Shown here: piece by piece, positions 19,974 through 28,587 of the stretch
How positions within the stretch are numbered: the first letter of the stretch is position 1
Layout: each line of letters opens with the position of its first letter
Assembly (NCBI GenBank): GCA_964389475.1
Contig: CAYMFD010000001.1
Span: forward strand, 52,942 to 116,941
Reading direction: 5' to 3'
DNA length: 64,000 nt
From: an uncultured Saprospiraceae bacterium
Lineage (GTDB): Bacteria > Bacteroidota > Bacteroidia > Chitinophagales > Saprospiraceae
Position numbers and translations under genes: made by a program
The notes under the pieces: model-generated
The model's input: only the letters and a program-made list of their open reading frames with translations
Database searches by the model: none
What the model was told of the DNA's origin: nothing

Positions 19974-22748
19974 CTACCTGATAACAACCTTATCTGTCGC
20001 GTAGTACTGACCGATGCCTCCTCTAATCGTCACGAAGTATACACCTGGCGCTAGATCGGTAACATCTACTTCTGTGGTCTGATCGCTGATGCTTCCAGCC
20101 AATACGCCATCGCCTAGTGCCGAGTAGATCGTATAAGATGTATTCGCTAGTCCTGAAGGAAGATCGATCGTAATTTGATCTGTGGCAGGGTTAGGGTAGA
20201 CTTGTATGTTGACTGCTCGTACGGGATCTTCTACGCTGGTAACCATATTGTCGAGGTAGACATGGAACTCACCGGGAGCAAGGTCCAGCTCGACTTGTCC
20301 TCCTGTAATTTCGATCGTCTCGCCTGTGATATGGTCTGTCCATGTGCCATCATGGGAGAATGTCTGATCCACCGTCATAGGCTTGACATCGAAGTTACCT
20401 ACGATCACGGCATCTCCGTCGGGGTGCGATAGCTGGATTGACTTATAAGCTGACCGGACATCCATATCTATCGTAGCGTCTAGGGTATAAGCTGGGTAGT
20501 TGGCCTTAAGGTTGAGCATGGTAGCGTATACGTCGTAGAGATCCTTGCGTCGCTCATCTTCTAGGTAGTCCCACCTGATAGGCTTGGGTGATAGACGACA
20601 TCCCTCATCGACAGTGCCATCTTCGCAGCGGTTGATAGAGAACTCGTAGCCTAATTCGCCGAACTGCCAGATCATCTTAGGACCCGGTATCGAGAAGAAG
20701 AATGCCGATGCCATAGCACAGCGATCTAGGCCTGTACCTAGGTCTCGCGTGGTGTAGCTCCCGTCACTATTACCAAATTCGATATTCTTGTACATGAGTC
20801 GCTCTTCGTCGTGGCTCTCCATGTAGCCGATGAGGTGGGGTTCATTCCAGCCTCTGTTGGGGTGGTAGATATGGCCGAAGTCCGACTTGTTCTCCGTATT
20901 GTAACCCATGGTCGCCTCATTGAAGTTAAAGTTGGCGTTGCCCCAAAGCAGAAAACCGTAATCCGCCAGTTCCGTCTCTTCGCCGTTAGAGGCAAAATGC
21001 TCTAGCATCAGTACTTGGTTGGGGTGGCGGTCCCAGATGTGATCGGCATACTCTGACAGGATGGCGATCCGGCTGGCGTCGTAAGCTGAGAAAGCGCCAT
21101 TCTCATCCGAGAAGTTCTGGGTAAAACCCTTCGATAAGTCAAATCGGAAACCGTCTACTTTAAACTCTTCGATCCAGTAATCGATGGTCTGCTTGGTGTA
21201 GTCCTTGGTATACTCTGACAAATGATTAAAGTCAAATCCGACATTAAAAGGGTGCTTGGCCTCAGGGTTGAGGTATGGTGAGCTAGGGTGGGGGCGAGAG
21301 TTCGCAGCATCCCAGTACATCCGTACAAGTGGGGACTGTCCGAAAGCGTGGTTGTATACGATATCCAAGAATACAGCGATGTCGAGACGATGTGCCTCAT
21401 CAACAAATCGCTTAAAGGTCTCCCTAGACCCGTAGTACTTGTCTAGCGCCATGTGGTAGGACGGATTGTAGCCCCAGCTCTGGTTGTTTTCGAACTCGGA
21501 GACGGGCATCAGCTCGATGGCATTGATACCTAGCTCCTTTAAGTAGGATAGGCTGTCTATCAATGAGTTAAAACTGCGATCTCCGACGAAGTCACGGACC
21601 AGGAGCTCGTAGATGACCAGCTCATCGTTAGGTGCGGGCACGAAGTCATCGTGCTGCCAGTCGTAGTCTTCCTCTAGCGCATCGAAGTAGGTGATGTGGC
21701 CACTGGTTAGGTCATCTGGATAGGGTGCTGGCACAGAGTTAAGCTCTGGAGCTATGCCGGTATCGTTAAACTTGTCGAGTATCAATATGCTGTATGGATC
21801 TGCTATTCTGATCGTACCATCGATCAGGTATTGATACATCACGACGCCATCTGCAGGTAGGTCTACCTCTATCCACCACGTTTCCTCATCTTCTGCAAGA
21901 TTCATCTGGTAGTCGGCATTGACCTTGTAGTCAGTCAGGTTGGACAAGAGAAATACGTTCTCCTTATCCGGTGCCGTCAACATGAGGATCAGACTACTAT
22001 CTGAGATGATATTGACTCCGTTATCGATCGCCACAGGAGGATTGGTCAGGGTGCTCGTCTCAGCGATGACTACCAGCGACACCTCATCTGTTACCGTGCC
22101 TTGACTATTGGTGGCCTCGAAGCTGAGTATGTAGTTACCCTCTGCCTCAGCCGTGTAAGTGTAGGCTAGTTCGGTGCCTGTACCACTGGCTACCTCTACG
22201 CCATTGGCCTGTAGACTGATGTCAGCCTCTTGCGTAAGAGCGATCGCCATGTCGATCGTTTCGCCCAATTTTAGGACGACTTGCTCTTGATCTGGTCGTA
22301 CGAACCTACCGCTGAACATATCGGCATCCACCACATCTACGAATATATCGCTGAGGTCGGCTGTTTTTCCCTCTCTAGACCCATCCCGATTTCTAAATAC
22401 AAAGGCTAGCTGGACAACCTCTGTCTCAGGCGGAAAACCGTAAAACTCCCTGGGAGTGATCCGTAGCTCGTGCTTTTGGTTTCCCACAGGCGTCATCAGC
22501 ATCCTGCTGTCGAAGGTACCCCAGTTACCCTGGACGAACTGCCAGTTGCCAGGTCCACCGCTAGCGGTAATCACGCCGGTATGAGCGAATACTGGCGTCA
22601 CATTGGCCAGGCCCCCGCTACCGAGGGAGGCATCATAGGTGATGGTGATCTCCTCATCCATGTCAAATATCGGCGGATCTATCGATACGATCTGGCTGGT
22701 GGCGACAATCGACGAAAGGATAAAAGCTATAAAAGTAAGTTGTCTCAT
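19974..22748 (-). CDS. GH13 alpha-amylase-family glycoside hydrolase with a C-terminal T9SS (Por) sorting domain
   Basis: GH13 motifs DIVYNHA and GFRFDLSKGF are present. The C-terminal ~80 aa (VYPNPATDQITIDL...GVYFVTIRGG...KVVIR) matches the T9SS C-terminal domain. There is an N-terminal signal peptide. Confidence 0.85.
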   Translation of the reverse strand: MRQLTFIAFILSSIVATSQIVSIDPPIFDMDEEITITYDASLGSGGLANVTPVFAHTGVITASGGPGNWQFVQGNWGTFDSRMLMTPVGNQKHELRITPREFYGFPPETEVVQLAFVFRNRDGSREGKTADLSDIFVDVVDADMFSGRFVRPDQEQVVLKLGETIDMAIALTQEADISLQANGVEVASGTGTELAYTYTAEAEGNYILSFEATNSQGTVTDEVSLVVIAETSTLTNPPVAIDNGVNIISDSSLILMLTAPDKENVFLLSNLTDYKVNADYQMNLAEDEETWWIEVDLPADGVVMYQYLIDGTIRIADPYSILILDKFNDTGIAPELNSVPAPYPDDLTSGHITYFDALEEDYDWQHDDFVPAPNDELVIYELLVRDFVGDRSFNSLIDSLSYLKELGINAIELMPVSEFENNQSWGYNPSYHMALDKYYGSRETFKRFVDEAHRLDIAVFLDIVYNHAFGQSPLVRMYWDAANSRPHPSSPYLNPEAKHPFNVGFDFNHLSEYTKDYTKQTIDYWIEEFKVDGFRFDLSKGFTQNFSDENGAFSAYDASRIAILSEYADHIWDRHPNQVLMLEHFASNGEETELADYGFLLWGNANFNFNEATMGYNTENKSDFGHIYHPNRGWNEPHLIGYMESHDEERLMYKNIEFGNSDGSYTTRDLGTGLDRCAMASAFFFSIPGPKMIWQFGELGYEFSINRCEDGTVDEGCRLSPKPIRWDYLEDERRKDLYDVYATMLNLKANYPAYTLDATIDMDVRSAYKSIQLSHPDGDAVIVGNFDVKPMTVDQTFSHDGTWTDHITGETIEITGGQVELDLAPGEFHVYLDNMVTSVEDPVRAVNIQVYPNPATDQITIDLPSGLANTSYTIYSALGDGVLAGSISDQTTEVDVTDLAPGVYFVTIRGGIGQYYATDKVVIR

Positions 22749-22987
22749 TGCTTGGTAAGTATATGACTATTAGGTGGACGGGGGCACGTTGTTGTGGGGT
22801 CCCTGAGCAAGCCGTTTCGCTCTTTAGCGTGGGGCTACATATGTAAAGTGGTATCGCCTCTGATGCTTATTGACCAGACTGCACATCCACCAACTTTCTC
22901 AAGTAGCAATGTAAAGATTAATCTCACTTTTCACGATGAAAGAATCGTGGAAATACTGTCATATCAGCGATGTCTCAGTACTTACGC

Positions 22988-23515
22988 CTAGGACTGTTTG
23001 TACGGTTCTACACAATGCTCGACGATACGGTGCAGACTCTCTACCTGGTCGTGCCCCTTGCGCTGTCCCGTGTAGGATACGATGTACAGGGAGCAAAAGA
23101 CAAGGGCGAGGAAGGGCAGTGCCCATAGTATCGCCCCGCTGTTGCCGACAGACATATTGCTCGTACCGATGACCGTCACCACGAGGGTGGCAAAGGCTAT
23201 AACGGCATAGAAGAAGATAAACATCGTCCACACTGCTGGGGCCGGACCGTATAGACCGCGTATATGGGTACCCGTGCTATCGTCTGCCTCCTCCCACGTG
23301 ATGGAGAGGTGTGGTGACCAGTAATGCCTTGTCCCTGCTGGCGGTTGTATAGACGCATAGGTCGACCGTACCTTTCCTTCTGCTGCCGTAGGAGTATGGT
23401 CGAGATATGCTTTAAATGCCCCGTTAATCTCAGCAACGGATAGGTATGACCACATTTCAAATCTCGGACGTACCTGAAAGGGCTCAATGGAAATCTCCTG
23501 GTGGGATACCTTCAT
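22988..23515 (-). CDS. Hypothetical membrane protein
   Basis: A 175-aa ORF with two hydrophobic helices. No recognisable motif was found. Confidence 0.35.
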   Translation of the reverse strand: MKVSHQEISIEPFQVRPRFEMWSYLSVAEINGAFKAYLDHTPTAAEGKVRSTYASIQPPAGTRHYWSPHLSITWEEADDSTGTHIRGLYGPAPAVWTMFIFFYAVIAFATLVVTVIGTSNMSVGNSGAILWALPFLALVFCSLYIVSYTGQRKGHDQVESLHRIVEHCVEPYKQS

Positions 23516-23552
23516 ACATCGTAAGATAAATAATAATCAGGAAATGATATGA

Positions 23553-23900
23553 ATCGGGCATTTCGACTACGCTTCGCTGCTCAATGACCTAGATGTTCCT
23601 CGGGAGGTCACCAACACATTAGCATACTAGCACATTAACACAGTAACTAATTAACCACAGCCTGCATGGCCGGGGCCATTGGCGACGAGGCTGATTCACT
23701 AGATTCGTCGTCGCTAAGCAACTATAACGGGCATTTCGACTAGGCTTCGCTGCTCAATGACCTAGATGTACCTAGGGAGGTCACCGGCACATTAGCATAC
23801 TAGCACATTAACACACTAACTAATTAAACACAACCTGCATGAACGGGGTCATTGGCGACGAGGCTGATATGGTACACGACTGACCAGTAACTAACCACTA
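23553..23900. repeat. Tandem direct repeat of two units (~172 bp each, ~90% identical)
   Basis: Unit 1 starts with GGGCATTTCGACTACGCTTCGCTGCTCAATGACC at 23556, and unit 2 starts with the same string, one mismatch aside, at 23728. It lies in the intergenic space between fabI and the next gene. Confidence 0.7.
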
Positions 23901-23917
23901 ACAACCAACAACTATTC

Positions 23918-24721
23918 CTACATCCCCAGCACCTCTGGTGCCATACCCATGTTGCTAAATCCGCCATCGTGGTAGAGGTTTTGCATGGTGACCATCCTGG
24001 TGAGGTCAGAGAAGAGGCTGACGCAGTAGTCTGCACAAGCATCGCCGCTCGCATTACCTAGTGGTGACATCTTATCGGCATAGTCGAAGAACTCCTGGAA
24101 ACCCTTGACGCCGCTACCAGCAGTGGTGATCGTCGGGGACTGTGATATTGTATTGACACGTACGTTGGCCTTTTTGGCCCAGTGATAGCCAAAGGATCGG
24201 GCAAAACTCTCTAGCAAAGCCTTGGACTCTGCCATCTCGCTATAGTCTGGGAAGGTACGCTGGGCAGCGATATAGGTGAGACCTAAGATCGAACCCCATT
24301 CGTTCATAGCGTCAAGCTTCATAGCCGTCTGCATCAGCTTGTGAAAGGATATCGCAGAGATGTCAAATGTCTTTTGCATCCACTCATACTTGAGGTCCGT
24401 GTAGGCCTTCTTCTTTCTCACATTGAGAGACATACCTATACTGTGCAGCACGAAGTCCATTTTACCACCGAGGATCTCCTGCGACTGTACGAAGAGATTC
24501 TCGAGGTCCTCTAGGCTGGTAGCATCGGCTGGTATGACCTCGGCACCGATCTGCTCGCCTAGTTTCTGGATCTCGCCCATGCGGAGAGCGACAGGCGCAT
24601 TGGTGAGTACAATCTGAGCACCTTGTTCGTGTGCTTTGACAGCGGTCTTCCACGCAATAGACTGCTCGTCTAGTGCTCCGAAAATGATACCTTTCTTACC
24701 TTCAAGTAGTTTGTGAGCCAT
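23918..24721 (-). CDS. fabI: Enoyl-[acyl-carrier-protein] reductase (NADH), FabI
   Basis: 267 aa with an SDR fold (GIIFGALDEQSIAW). The FabI-type catalytic Y...K spacing (TYIAAQR...SxAESKAL) and the typical length fit FabI. Confidence 0.85.
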   Translation of the reverse strand: MAHKLLEGKKGIIFGALDEQSIAWKTAVKAHEQGAQIVLTNAPVALRMGEIQKLGEQIGAEVIPADATSLEDLENLFVQSQEILGGKMDFVLHSIGMSLNVRKKKAYTDLKYEWMQKTFDISAISFHKLMQTAMKLDAMNEWGSILGLTYIAAQRTFPDYSEMAESKALLESFARSFGYHWAKKANVRVNTISQSPTITTAGSGVKGFQEFFDYADKMSPLGNASGDACADYCVSLFSDLTRMVTMQNLYHDGGFSNMGMAPEVLGM

Positions 24722-24882
24722 GGTGTTCTTTTATGATTGTCTGCAATGATTAGCGTAAGCAAAAGTAGTATTTCCTATCGATCAGTTCGCCACTCTTCGG
24801 TCGAGAAGATTTATAGACCTTTTATAGTGGTGTAGTCGAAGATCGTCGCAGAGACAGCGATACTTATACTTACTTTTGCACT

Positions 24883-25998
24883 ATGAGAGCCCTCATTATT
24901 ACGATCATCTTATTGCCTGTGTTAGTGTCCGCCCAGTTGGGTGTGGTGCTGGATAGTATCAAGTCCGATCGATTATACAAGTATCCCCTGGGTGACTACA
25001 CGCTGTCGCCACACTACCAGGACCTGCATGAGTATCCTGATTCGCTACTGCGTACGGTAGCGGTGGAGTCTGTCGTCCAGCGCCTGTATATAGATGATGT
25101 CTTGCTGAGTCGCGCTTATGACCACGATATGCAGCTGGCATGGCCAGACGCATGGCGCAAGTGGTTAGCAACCTACATCAGACCCCAGATGAGTCTGGTC
25201 AAGTATGATGTTGTGCTAGAGAGTGATGCCCTGGCGTCAGCAGCGGCAGCGACCTTGCTACAAGATCATGACCTTGAGGGTATCCTAGATCGAGTGACAC
25301 ACCCGCAGATACGTGCCTATATCGGTCGAGCATTGATAAGGCGTAAGGACTATGACCAACTAGATCGCCTGCTGCCTCAGTGGATAGGTGATACGGCGGT
25401 ACTACTGCAGCAGGAGGGCTGCAATCACTACGACCGTCTCGTCGGTGATTACATACTACGTGGTGCTGGGCAGCCTGGTGCTTATCAGCGTGTGCTAGAC
25501 AGGTATGAGGCACTTTTGCTACGAGTAGATAATCGCCTCGATGCGACGGCCTCCCTGCTCATGCGTAGCTCTATGCCCGACTCGTTGATGGCGGTATGCA
25601 GCCTCTACTTACACGCGGACCGATTGCCTGTAGCAGCTGCGACTGGGATCATACTGCGTAGAGATAGCCTCTCGGCACCTGCATTTACGAGGGTGGTTGA
25701 CTTGGTGATTTGTGATCAGCTAGACCCACGGCAGATAGCTCGTATCCCTGCCTTATTTAGAATCGGCGGGGCAGATCTACGTTCCGTAGTAGACCAGCAA
25801 GATGTCCTACGCCTGGATGAGTACATTATCGAAAATCAAGAAAAGGTGCGGCTGTCGATCGGCTGGCCATTCTACCGCTGGCTGTATCTCGATCCAGCTT
25901 ACACGGGACTCGTACGTAGGGCCACGCGAAGGCGGATTATACCTGCCGAGCAACTTTCTGTTAAGCCAACTACTACTTACAATATCAAGTTTAAATGA
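24883..25998 (+). CDS. Hypothetical secreted protein
   Basis: It has a signal peptide (IILLPVLVSAQ). A 4-bp overlap with the downstream threonine aldolase gene suggests an operon. Confidence 0.4.
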   Translation: MRALIITIILLPVLVSAQLGVVLDSIKSDRLYKYPLGDYTLSPHYQDLHEYPDSLLRTVAVESVVQRLYIDDVLLSRAYDHDMQLAWPDAWRKWLATYIRPQMSLVKYDVVLESDALASAAAATLLQDHDLEGILDRVTHPQIRAYIGRALIRRKDYDQLDRLLPQWIGDTAVLLQQEGCNHYDRLVGDYILRGAGQPGAYQRVLDRYEALLLRVDNRLDATASLLMRSSMPDSLMAVCSLYLHADRLPVAAATGIILRRDSLSAPAFTRVVDLVICDQLDPRQIARIPALFRIGGADLRSVVDQQDVLRLDEYIIENQEKVRLSIGWPFYRWLYLDPAYTGLVRRATRRRIIPAEQLSVKPTTTYNIKFK

Positions 25999-27023
25999 TC
26001 AACCTCATAAGTGACACCGTCACGCAACCCACACCCGCGATGCTCGACTACATGCTATCCGCCCATGTGGGGGATGATGTCTTCGGCCAGGATCCTACGA
26101 TCAATGCCTTGCAAGATCGCATGGCAGCTATGTTTGGTATGGAGGCAGCATTGTTCTGCCCATCAGGTACGATGACCAACCAGATAGCCATCAAGTGCCA
26201 TACGCAGCCTCTCGATGAGATGATATGCGACCACTACAGCCATGTCTATCAGTACGAGACGGGTGGCTATGCCTTTAATAGTGGGGTAGCGGTCAACCTT
26301 ATCACGGGTAGCCATGGCAAGATCACGGTAGACCAGGTAGCCGCCCACATCCGACCCGACTACGACTGGCTACCCGCCAGCAGGCTTGTCGTACTAGAGA
26401 ATAGCTGCAACAAAGGAGGCGGCAGTTACTACACCCTCGACGAGATTGCGCCGATCACAGCTCTGTGCAAGTCTAGGGGCTTAACCCTACACCTCGATGG
26501 TGCTCGCCTGTTTAACGTATTGGTCGAGACGGGTGAGACTACGCAGGCCGTCGGAGCTCACTTCGACAGTGTGTCGATCTGCCTCAGCAAGGGGCTAGGG
26601 GCACCCGTGGGTTCTGTGCTGATAGGTAGTGCCGCTATGATCAAACAAGCTAGGCGCTACCGCAAGGTGATGGGTGGTGGTATGCGCCAGGCAGGTTATC
26701 TCGCCGCAGCATGCCTCTATGCCCTAGATCACCACATCGAAGACCTGAGTGAAGACAATCGACGGGCAGCGAGCCTCGGTAATGCCATTGCAGACCTGTC
26801 ATACGTAGAGGCTGTAGATCCAGTAGCGACTAATATCTGCATCTTTCACCTCAAGGGTGATGGACAGGCCAGTGACCTCGTAGCGTACCTGTCATCGCAT
26901 GGGGTAGGCGCATCGGCATTCGGTCCGCAGACGGTCCGTTTTGTGACACATCGTCATATCACGGACGCGAACATTGAGTCGGTAATGGGGGTTCTTACGA
27001 CGTACATGGGAGCACTCGATTGA
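25995..27023 (+). CDS. ltaE: Low-specificity L-threonine aldolase (PLP-dependent, beta-eliminating lyase family)
   Basis: N-terminal LISDTVTQPTPAMLDYM...GDDVFGQDPT and the CPSGTMTNQIAI block are characteristic of threonine aldolases. Confidence 0.8.
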   Translation: MINLISDTVTQPTPAMLDYMLSAHVGDDVFGQDPTINALQDRMAAMFGMEAALFCPSGTMTNQIAIKCHTQPLDEMICDHYSHVYQYETGGYAFNSGVAVNLITGSHGKITVDQVAAHIRPDYDWLPASRLVVLENSCNKGGGSYYTLDEIAPITALCKSRGLTLHLDGARLFNVLVETGETTQAVGAHFDSVSICLSKGLGAPVGSVLIGSAAMIKQARRYRKVMGGGMRQAGYLAAACLYALDHHIEDLSEDNRRAASLGNAIADLSYVEAVDPVATNICIFHLKGDGQASDLVAYLSSHGVGASAFGPQTVRFVTHRHITDANIESVMGVLTTYMGALD

Positions 27024-27072
27024 GATAGTTGTAGGGTTTAGTGTGGATTTGAGAAGGTAGGTGGTTGCTGTC

Positions 27073-27238
27073 GCTGTACAGAGATAGATCAAGAGTCGAC
27101 AGAATGTGCGGATTTTTCAGCGATAATTCTTGACCTTAGTAAATCTGCAACGACTATGCTTTGGTGGAAGTCAGGTGCATGTTGGTAGTAGAAAAATAAA
27201 AGCAATTTTGACACGACTCTAGATCGGTCTTGACCTTG
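27073..27238. repeat. Dispersed ~170-bp element with terminal inverted repeats, copy B
   Basis: It has the same conserved ends as copy A (19509..19678) in the same orientation. The central ~70 bp is divergent. Confidence 0.6.
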
Positions 27239-27550
27239 ATACTATGCTAGGTTAACCTGTTATAATACGATTGGTAATCATTTTCCGAAAAGTATCATAA
27301 GGTCAAGAATATCCTTACTGCGACATGATTTTTGCCTTCTTTTGATCTCAGCAAAAGAAGGAGACCAGTCGGGTCTTTCCGACGTTGACTATAAGATCAA
27401 AGGTCATTTCAGTACCTATAGATTGGATAGGTCTTCCACTGTTATAACCGTAGAACTTCCTAATAGGCTGATGCCCCCATTCTATGACAATACATATTCG
27501 TAGTTTTGTGCTAATGAAAAGGTGGGGCAGTTACCACTGACAATGAGTTT

Positions 27551-28132
27551 ATGGAGAAAATACCATTAGATATAGTAGCACTATCGCATAGTGTGACGCA
27601 GTCGCATAACTATGCTGTCGTCCTCGGTGAGAAAGAGGGTAATAGACGGCTGCCGGTCGTTATAGGAGGATTTGAGGCGCAGGCTATAGCTGTTGCTATG
27701 GAGAATATGACGCCTAATCGTCCACTGACGCATGACTTGTTTCGCAATACCCTAGACGTATTTGGTGTTAAGATCGTAGAGGTCGTGATTAATAATCTAG
27801 TAGACGGTATCTTCTATGCCCAGCTCGTCTGTGAGAAAGACGGCGAACACTACGAGGTCGATAGTCGTACGTCCGATGCTATTGCCATGGCCGTAAGATT
27901 TGAGTGTCCGATATATACATTTGAGACCATCATGGAGTCGGCGGGTATCATACTAGAGGATGAGGGCGATGACTCTGCTATCAAAAAAGTAGAAACTAAA
28001 AGTGCCGACGCTTACGAAAACCTGAGTGTCAAAGCCTTAACCAAGCTCCTAGACGAAGTCTTAGAAAATGAGGACTACGAGCGAGCAGCAAAGATTAGAG
28101 ATGAGATCAACCGCCGTACCTCAGCCGACTAG
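27551..28132 (+). CDS. Bifunctional nuclease family protein (BFN/DUF151) with a C-terminal UVR motif
   Basis: The BFN-like core (VVLGEKEGNRRLPVVIGGFEAQAIAVA) is followed by the UvrB/UvrC-type motif EDYERAAKIRDEINRR. Confidence 0.65.
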   Translation: MEKIPLDIVALSHSVTQSHNYAVVLGEKEGNRRLPVVIGGFEAQAIAVAMENMTPNRPLTHDLFRNTLDVFGVKIVEVVINNLVDGIFYAQLVCEKDGEHYEVDSRTSDAIAMAVRFECPIYTFETIMESAGIILEDEGDDSAIKKVETKSADAYENLSVKALTKLLDEVLENEDYERAAKIRDEINRRTSAD

Positions 28133-28505
28133 ACCATTCTATAACATCGTAGTACTGTTCCTAGTCCTAGGTGGTATGACGAGCTGTCAGCCCAAGGCGC
28201 TACCCACCCTATGGGAGGTCTCAGACAAGGTGGTAACGGCTAAGTTTAGTCACCAAACCTCAAGGGCGGAGATAGGCAAGATCACCCAATCGCTACAGCA
28301 AGACTTCGGCGTGAGCCTCATCACGGACGGTACTACCTACCTGGAGAACGATCGCCTACAGGATCTCAATATGCTCGTCCAGACCTCTGCTGGCAATGCA
28401 GGTAAGGCATCGGCCCGACTGTCCAATCTCCAGTACACTTACTACGGCCTCAGACTAGAGAAGGCTAATGGCCAGTGGCGCCTAGTCAAGATCGGCAACC
28501 TGTAG
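28101..28505 (+). CDS. Small hypothetical lipoprotein
   Basis: Signal peptide plus lipobox (IVVLFLVLGGMTSC). The start was moved to the internal ATG at 28101, giving a 32-bp overlap with the upstream gene. No motif was found. Confidence 0.4.
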   Translation: MRSTAVPQPTRPFYNIVVLFLVLGGMTSCQPKALPTLWEVSDKVVTAKFSHQTSRAEIGKITQSLQQDFGVSLITDGTTYLENDRLQDLNMLVQTSAGNAGKASARLSNLQYTYYGLRLEKANGQWRLVKIGNL

Positions 28506-28587
28506 ACCACCTCCACGTCCTATCTGTCTAGGATTACTTTGCTGCTTTTACTCGCCTTAGGTAAGTAATCACCTTTTTGGGTGACTA

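Noticed and set aside
22936-23487. Several overlapping 70-96-aa ORFs on both strands around the 175-aa membrane-protein gene
   Set aside because: They are mutually overlapping, Arg/Cys/Pro-rich, and show no signal of real coding. The longest consistent frame (22988-23515) was kept, at low confidence.
27240-27550. Inverted repeat GCCTTCTTTTG...CAAAAGAAGG at ~27344-27375 as a terminator
   Set aside because: It has a 10-bp stem but no adjacent U tract on either strand. It is more likely incidental or a regulatory hairpin, and there is too little support to annotate it.
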